From NCBI GenBank assembly GCA_011605725.1, contig JAAOZP010000017.1:32001-96000 (forward strand): a stretch of DNA of 64,000 nt. Reading direction: 5' to 3'. Below the pieces are notes generated by a model. The model searched no databases, was not told the DNA's origin, and was given only the letters and a program-made list of their open reading frames with translations. The position numbers and the translations under genes were made by a program. Positions 38,263-47,714 of this stretch are shown one piece after another (within the stretch, counting starts at the first letter, position 1; the number at the start of each line of letters is the position of its first letter). The stretch is from Nitrososphaerota archaeon. Its GTDB lineage: Archaea; Thermoproteota; EX4484-205; JAAOZP01.

Positions 38263-41200
38263 ATGATTGCGATCTATACCGGACTATGTCCAAGCTGTGG
38301 TGGAGATATTAGTTCAACCAGGCTTGAGAGAGGACTTCCATGCGAAAAATGTTTGCCGAATGAAAGTGTTGAAATCAGTAAAATAGCTTCAGGAAAACTT
38401 AGGGAAATACTGGAAGTCAGGAGGCTTGAGGAGGAGTGGACAAACTTCTTTAAAAAGTTTCTAGGATCCTCACCCTGGAGCCTCCAAGCCTCCTGGGCGA
38501 GAAAAGTTTTTCTTAAAAGATCTTTTGCACTCATAGCGCCTACGGGAGTGGGCAAAACATCTTTCGGAATAAGTATCGCTGCTTTTCTGGCTGAAAAAGG
38601 AAAGAGATCCTACATAATAGTTCCTACGAAAATCCTAGTCGAACAAGTAAAGGAAAAATTGGAGAAAACCGTGGACAGAAATTGGATTATAGCTTTTGGC
38701 GAAATGAACGAGAAAGAGAAGGAGAAAGCTAAGGAAAGGATCCGTAATGGGGACTTCCGAATAATAGTATCGACATCAATGTTCCTATACAAGAACTATG
38801 ATATCATACCTAGACCATTAGATTTTGTCTTCATCGACGATGTGGATTCTTTTCTTAAAACAGCAAAAAACATAGACAAATCATTATACTTAATTAATTT
38901 TGAAAAAGAGGATATTGAAAAGACAATGGAGCTTATAAAAGCGAGAAAACTTCAAGGTGAAGAAGACACTAAGACTTTTTACGAGGAAATTAAAAAGATT
39001 TCTATGAAGGCAAGAGGAGTGATAGTCGTTTCTTCAGCAACTTCAAATCCTCGTAGCAGCAGAATAAGGCTGTATAAGGAACTACTTGGATTTGAAGTGG
39101 GCAAACCTTCCTTCTACATCAGGAATGTGGTTGACGCCTTCTCGTATTCTAAAGAAGAATACGACTTAGTAGACTGGATTAAAAAACTGGGTAAGGGAGG
39201 ACTAGTTTTCGTTTCCTCCGATAAAGGTAAAGAATACGTTAATCACATCGTCCACCTTTTATCGGAAAAAGGTATTAAAGCTCTTTCATACGAAGAACTC
39301 GGAGAAGAAAACATTAGGAAATATGAGAAAGGCGAAATAGATGTTTTAGTCGGCATTGCAAGCTATAAGAATCCGTTGGCACGAGGCATAGATCTACCTC
39401 ATGTAGTTAAATACGCGTTATTCTTCGGCGTTCCAAAGATCGTTATAAGCCTTAAAATCGAGGAAAACGCGATGCATCTTCTTTGGCTTGTTGCTTCAAT
39501 CAGAAGCATTGCATCTAAACATGACTATCTGAAAAAGTTTCTACCGAGAATAGACAGTTGGTTGAGATTTTTGAAACGCTCAACGTCCTTTCTTTCTGAA
39601 GAAGACAGGATTGTCAGTGAAAAAATGAAACTCTATTTAGAACGTATTCGAAGCGAGATAATGGAGTTTTTAGAAGACAGGGAGGTTTCAGAAATCATTG
39701 AGAGGTCAAAGGAGTTATCATTAAGAAGGACGATAGATGGGTTTATACTTACAATTTCAGATGCCACTGCTTATCTCCAAGCGAGTGGAAGGACTTCAAG
39801 ACTGTATGCTCAAGGCTTAACCAAAGGTTTTTCGCTTATACTAATTGATGACGAAAAATCTTTTCATCATCTTCAGAAGAAAGCGAGATGGTTCGATGAG
39901 GAGATAAACTTTGTAGATGTGAACAGTATCAAGTTAGAAAAACTGTTAAAGGAGATTGAAGAAGAAAGGGAAGTAGTGAGGAGAATACTTGAGGACAAGG
40001 CAGGAGGGGAAACACGAGATATTTTGAAACCTGTACTCATTGTCGTAGAGTCGCCGAATAAAGCCAAGACCATAGCAAGTTTCTTCGGTAAACCAATAGC
40101 TAGAGTGCTAAACGGACATAAAGTCTATGAAACCGCCACGGGAGACAACTATCTACTTATAACGGCTTCGCTCGGTCATGTTTTCGACTTGGTTAAAAAT
40201 AAGCATTTCCATGGTGTTCTTATCGATGGCAATAATATAGTACCAGAGTATGAGATTATAGAAGGCAAAGAGAAAATTGTGGAAAGCCTTGTAGAAATAG
40301 GGATGGAGATTGACAGGATTCTAATAGCTACTGACCCAGATACAGAGGGGGAGAAAATTTCGCATGATTTGATGCTTCTTCTGAAACCCTTTGTTAAAGA
40401 CGTGGAACGGATAGAGTTTCACGAGGTTACTAGAAAAGCGATAGTGAAGGCCATAAAAGAACCGAGAAAATTCAATTTGAACATGGTTCAGGCGCAGATC
40501 GTTAGAAGAATTGCAGACAGATGGGTTGGGTTCGAATTATCACAATATTTACAGAAGGTTTTCAATAAGAACTGGCTTTCTGCCGGAAGAGTTCAAACAC
40601 CTGTGTTGGGATGGATAATAGAAAGAGATAACCTTAGCAAGGAGAAAATATTCATAGTATTGGTAACGCTAAAGAAGGATAATAAGATGCTTAGACTGGA
40701 GTTTCCGTTTGAAAATAAAAATGAGGCGGAGAGCTTTTTCGATAGGCTTGAAGAATTAGAATTTAAGGTCGTTGAGGAAAAAGAAGAAACAAGGCTTCCT
40801 CCTCCACCTTATAGAACAGACACCATGCTTAGAGATGCCGGTGATAAACTGAAGTTTAGCCCAACTGAAACCATGCGGCTAGCACAGGATCTTTTCGAAA
40901 TGGGTTACATAACCTACCATAGGACAGACTCAGTAAGGGTTTCTGAAACAGGAATTAGCCTGGCGAAAAAGTATGTAGAAGAAAATTTTTCACCTTCCTA
41001 CTTTCATCCAAGAACATGGAGTAAGGAGGGGGCTCACGAATGCATTAGACCAACTAAGCCTATTGATGTTGAAGATGTTAAGACCATGATGCTTGCAGGC
41101 CAGATAAGAGGCTTAAACAGAGACCATGTTATGCTTTACGATTTGATTTTCAAAAGATTCATAGCAAGTCAGTTAAAGGAATGTAAAGTTAGAGTAGTAA

Positions 41201-41706
41201 GGCTTAGGGTTAAGGCATTTAACATTGAAAAAGACGTTGAGATCGTTAAAGATATTGTGGAAGAAGGCTTTAACCTTTCACTCCCATTAGAGACTCAACC
41301 TTCATTCGAAGGTAGAATACCGGTTTCAACCTGCAAAAAACTCCTACAGAGACCTAAAGCTTACCCGCATACATGGGCAAGCATAGTCCAGGAGATGAAG
41401 GAGAAAGGAATAGGTAGACCTTCAACATACGCTACGATAATTCAAACTTTGTTGGAAAGAGGGTATGTAGTAGAGAGGAAAAGCTTTCTCATACCTACAA
41501 GCCTGGGGAAAACAGTTTATAACTTTCTTAAGAAACATGAAAACATTGTTGAGTTTGTTTCAGAAGGGTTCACAAGAATTTTAGAGGAGAAGATGGATGA
41601 AATCGAGCAAGGAAAAGAGGATTGGCAGAAATTACTGTTCGAACTATATCAAAAGATAGGAGGAGCAATGGAGAGGCTGAAAGGAGTAGAAAAAAATGCT
41701 GCTTAA
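38263..41706 (+). CDS. rgy: Reverse gyrase
   Basis: N-terminal Zn finger (CPSCGG...CEKC), APTGVGKT, DDVD, QASGRTSR, TOPRIM VESPNKA and DPDTEGE, SAGRVQTP, catalytic ITYHRTDS, GIGRPSTY. Confidence 0.98.
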   Translation: MIAIYTGLCPSCGGDISSTRLERGLPCEKCLPNESVEISKIASGKLREILEVRRLEEEWTNFFKKFLGSSPWSLQASWARKVFLKRSFALIAPTGVGKTSFGISIAAFLAEKGKRSYIIVPTKILVEQVKEKLEKTVDRNWIIAFGEMNEKEKEKAKERIRNGDFRIIVSTSMFLYKNYDIIPRPLDFVFIDDVDSFLKTAKNIDKSLYLINFEKEDIEKTMELIKARKLQGEEDTKTFYEEIKKISMKARGVIVVSSATSNPRSSRIRLYKELLGFEVGKPSFYIRNVVDAFSYSKEEYDLVDWIKKLGKGGLVFVSSDKGKEYVNHIVHLLSEKGIKALSYEELGEENIRKYEKGEIDVLVGIASYKNPLARGIDLPHVVKYALFFGVPKIVISLKIEENAMHLLWLVASIRSIASKHDYLKKFLPRIDSWLRFLKRSTSFLSEEDRIVSEKMKLYLERIRSEIMEFLEDREVSEIIERSKELSLRRTIDGFILTISDATAYLQASGRTSRLYAQGLTKGFSLILIDDEKSFHHLQKKARWFDEEINFVDVNSIKLEKLLKEIEEEREVVRRILEDKAGGETRDILKPVLIVVESPNKAKTIASFFGKPIARVLNGHKVYETATGDNYLLITASLGHVFDLVKNKHFHGVLIDGNNIVPEYEIIEGKEKIVESLVEIGMEIDRILIATDPDTEGEKISHDLMLLLKPFVKDVERIEFHEVTRKAIVKAIKEPRKFNLNMVQAQIVRRIADRWVGFELSQYLQKVFNKNWLSAGRVQTPVLGWIIERDNLSKEKIFIVLVTLKKDNKMLRLEFPFENKNEAESFFDRLEELEFKVVEEKEETRLPPPPYRTDTMLRDAGDKLKFSPTETMRLAQDLFEMGYITYHRTDSVRVSETGISLAKKYVEENFSPSYFHPRTWSKEGAHECIRPTKPIDVEDVKTMMLAGQIRGLNRDHVMLYDLIFKRFIASQLKECKVRVVRLRVKAFNIEKDVEIVKDIVEEGFNLSLPLETQPSFEGRIPVSTCKKLLQRPKAYPHTWASIVQEMKEKGIGRPSTYATIIQTLLERGYVVERKSFLIPTSLGKTVYNFLKKHENIVEFVSEGFTRILEEKMDEIEQGKEDWQKLLFELYQKIGGAMERLKGVEKNAA

Positions 41707-41734
41707 GCATTATCATCTTATTCTGCAAAACTAA

Positions 41735-43357
41735 TCATCCTTCGACGCAGGCATCTATAAAACCCTTAAAAAGTGGTGCAGGTTTAAGAGGCCTCGACTT
41801 AAACTCGGGATGAGCCTGCGTCGCCACAAAAAAGGGGTGATTAACGAGCTCGATGAACTCTACAAGCCTACCGTCCGGAGAGACTCCGGAGAAAACCATT
41901 CCATGCTTCTGAAGAACCTCATGATACTTAGGATTCACCTCATACCGATGCCTATGTCTCTCGTAAACCAGTGAAGCCCCCCCGTAAAGTTTAGAGACCA
42001 ATGTACCTGGCTTCAAGACAGCAGGGTATGCACCTAGCCGCATAGAAGCCCCGTATCTGGATTCTTTCAATATTTCCTTCTGTTCCGGAAGAATATCGAT
42101 AACAGGGTGAGGCGTACCCGGGTCAAACTCGGTTGAATTAGCTTTCTCCAGTCCGATGACGTTTCTCGCATACTCTACGACTGCGAGTTGAAGCCCTAGG
42201 CAGAGACCTAGAAAGGGCATTTTCTTAACCCTAACATATTTTATCGCAGCTATTTTACCTTCGATGCCCTTAGTGCCGAAGCCGCCAGGAACAATCACCC
42301 CATTAAGCTCGTCAAGAATAGAGAGTTTATCAGAATCTTTTTCGAAATCCGTTGAATCCATAAACTTGAAAACCGGTTTCAGAAAATTGGCTGCGCACGC
42401 ATGTTTAACTGCCTCTATTACAGAAATATAGGCGTCCGGAAGCCTGTATTCACCGATCTCGAAATATTTCCCAACTATCCCTATCGTTACTTTCCGCGAG
42501 GCATTGTTCAAAGCATCAACGAAATGCTTCCAGTCGTCAAGCTTAGGTTCTCTCAGCCCAATGCCAAACTTTTCCAAAATCTTTTTCCCAAGATTCTGCT
42601 GTTCAAATATTAATGGAAGCTCATAAACGTTCTCTAAGTCCGGGTTTGAGATAATATGATCCTTCGGCACGTTGCAGAATACTGATATCTTCTCCTTCCT
42701 AACGTCATCTATGAAGCCTTCAGCCCTACAGATTATAAAGTCTGGCTGTATTCCAAGTTCACCTAGCTTTTCAACTGATTGTTGAACAGGCTTAGTCTTC
42801 ATCTCGCCAAGATGCTTAGGAATCGGAAGATAAGCTACATGTACGAATATCACCTTGTCTCCATCACCCTTCATCATTCTCGCAGCCATATAGTAGATTT
42901 CGCTCTGATACTCGCCAACGGTTCCACCTATCTCGACGATGGTGAAGTCGGCTTCAGCCTCTTCAGCCGCAACTCTAATTCTCCGTTTTATTTCATCAGT
43001 TATATGCGGAATAACCTCAACAGTCTTGCCCAAGTATTCACCCCTTCTTTCCCTCTCGATAACCGCCCCGTATATTTGGCCGGTTGTAATATTGTTTTTC
43101 CTAGGAATGTTTATGTCCAAGAATCTCTCATAGTGTCCAAGATCCTGATCTATCTCCCCAGCATCCTCAGTAACCCAGACCTCACCGTGCTCAGTCGGCC
43201 TAAGGGTGCCGGCGTCATAGTTTAGATAGGGATCTATCTTTACAGCCGTTACCCGGAAGCCTCTGGCTTGAAGAATCTTTCCTATCGAAGCTGCAGTAAT
43301 GCCCTTTCCTATCCCGCTGATAACACCCCCAGTTACAAATATGTAGTTTGTACGCAT
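41735..43357 (-). CDS. pyrG: CTP synthase
   Basis: FVTGGVISGIGKG, KIDPYLN, KTKPVQ, PGGFG, GLCLGLQ, HRHRYEVN, QAHPEF. ATG at 43357 preferred. Confidence 0.98.
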   Translation of the reverse strand: MRTNYIFVTGGVISGIGKGITAASIGKILQARGFRVTAVKIDPYLNYDAGTLRPTEHGEVWVTEDAGEIDQDLGHYERFLDINIPRKNNITTGQIYGAVIERERRGEYLGKTVEVIPHITDEIKRRIRVAAEEAEADFTIVEIGGTVGEYQSEIYYMAARMMKGDGDKVIFVHVAYLPIPKHLGEMKTKPVQQSVEKLGELGIQPDFIICRAEGFIDDVRKEKISVFCNVPKDHIISNPDLENVYELPLIFEQQNLGKKILEKFGIGLREPKLDDWKHFVDALNNASRKVTIGIVGKYFEIGEYRLPDAYISVIEAVKHACAANFLKPVFKFMDSTDFEKDSDKLSILDELNGVIVPGGFGTKGIEGKIAAIKYVRVKKMPFLGLCLGLQLAVVEYARNVIGLEKANSTEFDPGTPHPVIDILPEQKEILKESRYGASMRLGAYPAVLKPGTLVSKLYGGASLVYERHRHRYEVNPKYHEVLQKHGMVFSGVSPDGRLVEFIELVNHPFFVATQAHPEFKSRPLKPAPLFKGFIDACVEG

Positions 43358-43514
43358 GGCGGAAATCACGGCAACCCTGTAATAAGCCTTTCGCCAGTAA
43401 CTGTGGAAAATTGCCCCTAATCACTCCTTTTCCACTACCATTATTTAGCAACTGCGCTAGAGGAGCTGGAATAGTAGTGCGCGCTACCGGGTTGGAGAAA
43501 GAGACGAGGGATTC

Positions 43515-44891
43515 TTAACCCGGAGAAGCCTCATACCTGCCCTGCAGACCCCGAACAACCCATGGCGTCTCAGACCTGTGGAAGTACACTCCATAGTATG
43601 AAGAGAGCATTGCAGCTTTATCCCTCCTATCATCTATCAAATTCCTAGTCTCTCCGGGATCATCGACCAGGTTGTATAGTTCATCCGGTTGCCCCTCAGG
43701 TCTCTTTATATAGCTCCACTCCCTATCCCTTATGCACCTGTCTACAGCTTCATGGTAGCCTGCAATAATGTGGCTCCTATGCTCCTCCCTCCCGTTCCTA
43801 ATCACATCTAGAAAGCTTCGCCCCTGCATGCATCTAGACTCAGATTCTAATCCAAGGGCTTCCAGAGCAGTTGGTAAAACATCCGGCAACTGTATGAGAG
43901 CATATACATCCTTATGTTCACAGCCCGGTAAATATGCGATGAACGGAACCTTCAGCAGCTCGCTATACATTCTATCCGGACCCTTAAGAAATTTCCCATG
44001 GTCAGCAAGCGGATGCCCGTGATCGGCAGTTACAATCATGATTGAGTCATCGTAGAATCCAAGCTCCTCTAGGGCTTCAAGCAGAATTCCGAAGCAATGG
44101 TCTACGAAAGATGCTTCGCCAGCATATAAGCCCCTAATGTAGTCTATTTGCTCCTCAGTAGCCCAGCTCCTAGCGTATCCGCCCATAGGCAGTATTAGTC
44201 TAGGACCATTATACGAGGGGTCTGTGTAAGTATCGAATCGTGGAGGCGGATCCCATGGCTCATGCGGGTCGAAACAGTCAATCCAGAGGAATACATTTCT
44301 ATGCGCACGGTTCTCCTTAAGCCACTTAGCAGCTTCACTAAACACCCTAGCTGGGAAATAATCTTCCTCGGATTTGAAGTCATCCGTGTTCGCCAGATAT
44401 CTTGCGATAAGCCTTCTCCAATTCTCAGGATAATTCTCGTTAAAAAATTTCTCAACCTTCCTCTTTGGAGGAGAGGATACATGGGCGTCATACTCCTGCC
44501 CCCTTATCCACCTGAAGCAGTGGAAGCTCCTGTGATAGTTCATGTCAGGCCTAAACAAGTGGTATGTGTCAGATATTAGCCCGCAAACAAAGCCACGTTT
44601 AGACAATATGTCGGCTGCAGTAATATCCTTCGGATATGGTAGAAGAGGCTGCCAAGGCCTATATGGCAGAGAGAACATCCCAGTTAATATCTCGTATCTA
44701 ACGGGGATTGTAGGTAAACCGGATGGATACGCATTATGGAAAACAATGCTTCTCCTTGCAAAAGAGTCCAGATTAGGAGTTTTACACGCAGGCACATTCT
44801 TAAAGATCCCCTTACCCCCATTGTAATAGCTAACATGATCCTGCCTGAAACTGTCCAGGATAATCAGTATGAAGTTCCTAACAGTACTCAT
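43515..44891 (-). CDS. Sulfatase-like hydrolase (alkaline phosphatase superfamily)
   Basis: ILDSFRQDH, TPNLD, PTIPVR at the CxPxR position, DPHEPWDPP, TADHG, ELYNL..DPGE..N. Confidence 0.88.
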   Translation of the reverse strand: MSTVRNFILIILDSFRQDHVSYYNGGKGIFKNVPACKTPNLDSFARRSIVFHNAYPSGLPTIPVRYEILTGMFSLPYRPWQPLLPYPKDITAADILSKRGFVCGLISDTYHLFRPDMNYHRSFHCFRWIRGQEYDAHVSSPPKRKVEKFFNENYPENWRRLIARYLANTDDFKSEEDYFPARVFSEAAKWLKENRAHRNVFLWIDCFDPHEPWDPPPRFDTYTDPSYNGPRLILPMGGYARSWATEEQIDYIRGLYAGEASFVDHCFGILLEALEELGFYDDSIMIVTADHGHPLADHGKFLKGPDRMYSELLKVPFIAYLPGCEHKDVYALIQLPDVLPTALEALGLESESRCMQGRSFLDVIRNGREEHRSHIIAGYHEAVDRCIRDREWSYIKRPEGQPDELYNLVDDPGETRNLIDDRRDKAAMLSSYYGVYFHRSETPWVVRGLQGRYEASPG

Positions 44892-45003
44892 CTTCCTATC
44901 CGCCTCTAACCAGGATTTTAAGATGTAACGACGTATAAAAGCATATGTTCAAAAAAAGCCCTTATGCTATTAGGTAATTTTTAAAACATTTTCAGAGAAT
45001 GTT

Positions 45004-45088
45004 AAGTCAGCTCGTTTTGGAGATTCCACGGATTGAAGCAGATATAGATGAGGTTTACAAGATTGTTAAGGAGAATTTGACTTGTTAA
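45004..45088 (+). pseudogene. Possible remnant of a HEPN/DUF86 (HepT-like) toxin gene
   Basis: Three frames give ARF, HG and DIDEVYKIVKENL, resembling the DUF86 C-terminus (FRN.L.H.Y..ID...VY.I...L). Confidence 0.3.
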
Positions 45089-45145
45089 TGTCTTCAGAAA
45101 AGCCTGTATGAAAAAGCATAAGAGTATCAAAAAGTTTTTTAAGAC

Positions 45146-46183
45146 TTGAATAATCGTGCACACGTCTTGAGGTTCATAAGATGTAGGGAAATAGCTCCAC
45201 GCCTTAAGGGGAGGGTTGCGATAATCGGTGCTGGACCAGCTGGTTTGACCGCGGCAGGCTCCTTGATCTGCGAGGGGGTTGAAGTTGATGTTTACGACAT
45301 GCTGCCGGAAGCAGGGGGTCTATTATTATTCGGCATTCCCGAGTTCAGAATTCCTAAGAAAGGGGTTAGGGAGGGCGTGAAAGAGCTTCAGGAAAAAGGG
45401 GTTAGTTTCCACCTTCGCAAGAAGATTCATGATTCAGACGACTTTGACATCGATTTTAGCGAGATAGTTGGGAAGTATGATGCTACTCTGATAGCTACTG
45501 GAGCATGGGAGCCGCGTAGGCTGAACGTGGAGGGGGAGGAGCTGAATGGCATTTTCCACGCGGCACCCTACATTGTGAAATACTATTTGACGAAGTACGG
45601 CTACTCCACTCCTTCAAGCCTTCCGAGCCTAGGAAGCTCCGTCGCAGTAATCGGAGCTGGTTTAACAGCAGTAGACTCAGCTCTCCTAGCTCTTGAAACA
45701 GGTGTTAAAGAGGTTATGCTAGTGTATAGGAGAACAAGGAGAGAGGCGCCAGCTGGCGAGAAAGAGCTTAAAATGCTTGAGGAAAAAGGTGTTAAAATAG
45801 TTGAGCTTAAGGCTCCCGTCGGGTTCAAGGGTGAAGACGGAAAGGTTAGGCAAATGATCACCATAGACATTAAACTGGGCCCACCCGACAGGAGTGGGAG
45901 ACCCTCGCCAATACCCGTCCCTGGGTCTGAAAAAGTGTTTGAAGTTGATTCAGTAATAGTTGCGACAGGAGGGGTTTCGACACCACCTTTCAAGAAACAT
46001 ACGGACAAGATACGTGTGAGTGAAGACGGCAGGATAATCGTTGACGATAAGAGGAGAACGACTTTGAAAGGGGTTTTCGCGGCGGGGGACGTTGAATCCG
46101 GACCCTCTCTGATAGGGCCAGCTTTAAAATCCGGTTTAATCGCAGCAGAATCAATAAAGGAGTATCTGACAAAACGAGTGTAA
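45146..46183 (+). CDS. FAD/NAD(P)-dependent oxidoreductase, GltD/SudA-like without the N-terminal Fe-S domain
   Basis: IIGAGPAG, GGLLLFGIPEFR, IATGAW, VIGAGLTAVD, YRR, FAAGD. Confidence 0.88.
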   Translation: MNNRAHVLRFIRCREIAPRLKGRVAIIGAGPAGLTAAGSLICEGVEVDVYDMLPEAGGLLLFGIPEFRIPKKGVREGVKELQEKGVSFHLRKKIHDSDDFDIDFSEIVGKYDATLIATGAWEPRRLNVEGEELNGIFHAAPYIVKYYLTKYGYSTPSSLPSLGSSVAVIGAGLTAVDSALLALETGVKEVMLVYRRTRREAPAGEKELKMLEEKGVKIVELKAPVGFKGEDGKVRQMITIDIKLGPPDRSGRPSPIPVPGSEKVFEVDSVIVATGGVSTPPFKKHTDKIRVSEDGRIIVDDKRRTTLKGVFAAGDVESGPSLIGPALKSGLIAAESIKEYLTKRV

Positions 46184-46241
46184 TGTTTCACCAGCAAATG
46201 CTACCAGGTTCCTATGGTTTAAGATTTTTAATGAAACGCGT

Positions 46242-47303
46242 TTAAAAATCCCATTCAACAGGCACTTCCCTGTCTTCAATCGCAGACCGGTGGATTGCTT
46301 CAAGTATGGCCTGAACTCTTAACCCCTCGATTGCTGGAGAAAACAGGGGCCTGCCTTCTTTAACCGACTCTATGAACTTTCGAATCCTCATCTTGTATAT
46401 GTCTACGTTAGGCATCTGGTCCTGTGGCCTAACAGTCACCCTAACACCTTGAATCTCCCTGTATACTTCGAAAGGATCCAGCTGGGCTCCGCCGTTTGTC
46501 CCAAGTAATTCAACGCTAAACCTGTCTCTATCTATGAATGAAGCCCAGTTCGTCTCAAGAAGCATTGTGAAATCATTCTTAAACTTAACCATGCCGAAAG
46601 CGTTGTCTTCAACCTCAAACTCCGTCGGGTTCCATGTTCCACCCCAGCAGCCTCGCCGGGCCATTTCAGGATTATTCCCAAACTTTGTGTAAAAAACTCC
46701 GAACGCTGATTTAGGCTTAGGAAAGTTCATAATGTACATCGCGAAGTCGACAGCGTAACAACCTATGTCGAGCAACGGGCCTGCGCCTGCAAGCGTCTTA
46801 CTAAAGAAAGTTTTTCTCGGAGGTATCCCCCATCTTCTCAAAGCAAGTGCCCTGCAATAGTAGATTTCACCAAGCTCGCCAGCGTTAACCATGTTCCTCA
46901 GCATGTTTAAGTCGGGCCTGAACCTAGTTTGGAAGCCGACGATAAGAATCCTACCTGTCTTCCTAGAGGCCTCATACATTTCCAACGCGTCCCTAAGGTT
47001 GCCAGCCATAGGTTTCTCCGTCAAAACATGCGCACCAGCCTTCAACGCTGCGACTGTAGGATCCTTGTGGAACATGTTCGGAGTGCAAACGCTCACTGCG
47101 TCAAGCTCCTCCTTTTCAAACATACTGTTGAAATCCGTATAATACCTTGGTATTTTAAAATCCTCAGCTAAGCTTCTCGCAGCAGCAGCATCAATATCAG
47201 CACACGCAGCAATCTCAACATCATTCATCTCCTTGTAGTGTGGAACATGAGTTCCCCTTGCTATTCCGCCGCAACCAACTATCCCAACTCTGATCCTGCC
47301 CAT
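46242..47303 (-). CDS. Gfo/Idh/MocA family oxidoreductase
   Basis: GIVGCGGI, VCTPN..H, EKPMA, GPLLDIGCY. Confidence 0.92.
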   Translation of the reverse strand: MGRIRVGIVGCGGIARGTHVPHYKEMNDVEIAACADIDAAAARSLAEDFKIPRYYTDFNSMFEKEELDAVSVCTPNMFHKDPTVAALKAGAHVLTEKPMAGNLRDALEMYEASRKTGRILIVGFQTRFRPDLNMLRNMVNAGELGEIYYCRALALRRWGIPPRKTFFSKTLAGAGPLLDIGCYAVDFAMYIMNFPKPKSAFGVFYTKFGNNPEMARRGCWGGTWNPTEFEVEDNAFGMVKFKNDFTMLLETNWASFIDRDRFSVELLGTNGGAQLDPFEVYREIQGVRVTVRPQDQMPNVDIYKMRIRKFIESVKEGRPLFSPAIEGLRVQAILEAIHRSAIEDREVPVEWDF

Positions 47304-47654
47304 TTCAACCTGGCGGGGAAAGAGGTTTTTAATAAGGATTTAGTTGAACCATCTTTTTACGGCAGGCAGATTCTAACGTCTCTCCGCATTATGGAGAAGG
47401 TTTCGGGTTCACATGTTTAAAGCCTGTTCTATCGGTTTAAACAAGTTTAAAAATAATCCCTTCATAAGCATTTCTGCAACATTTGCTCTCATTATAATAT
47501 TCATGCTGGAGCTCAGTCGGCGGTTGCAAGAATGATGGAAAGGCTTCCCCAGCATATGGTTATTTTTCATGTAGGCGAAGAAACCGATAAAATGTGAATA
47601 TTCTCATGCAAATCAGTTCTTTAAACTTTTTAATACAGCATTTTAATGGATCAT

Positions 47655-47712
47655 ATCGATGAGGAATGGAGGTGATCTCTGAATAGTGATGAGAAACTCC
47701 ATTCTGACTCGA
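47655..47712 (+). ncRNA. C/D box sRNA
   Basis: Box C ATGAGGA 47659-65; 13-nt guide ATGGAGGTGATCT; D' CTGA 47679-82; C' GTGATGA 47686-92; 11-nt guide GAAACTCCATT; D CTGA 47704-07. Flanking TCGA/TCGA stem; TTTTAATA TATA-like element about 25 nt upstream. Confidence 0.75.
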
Positions 47713-47714
47713 GT

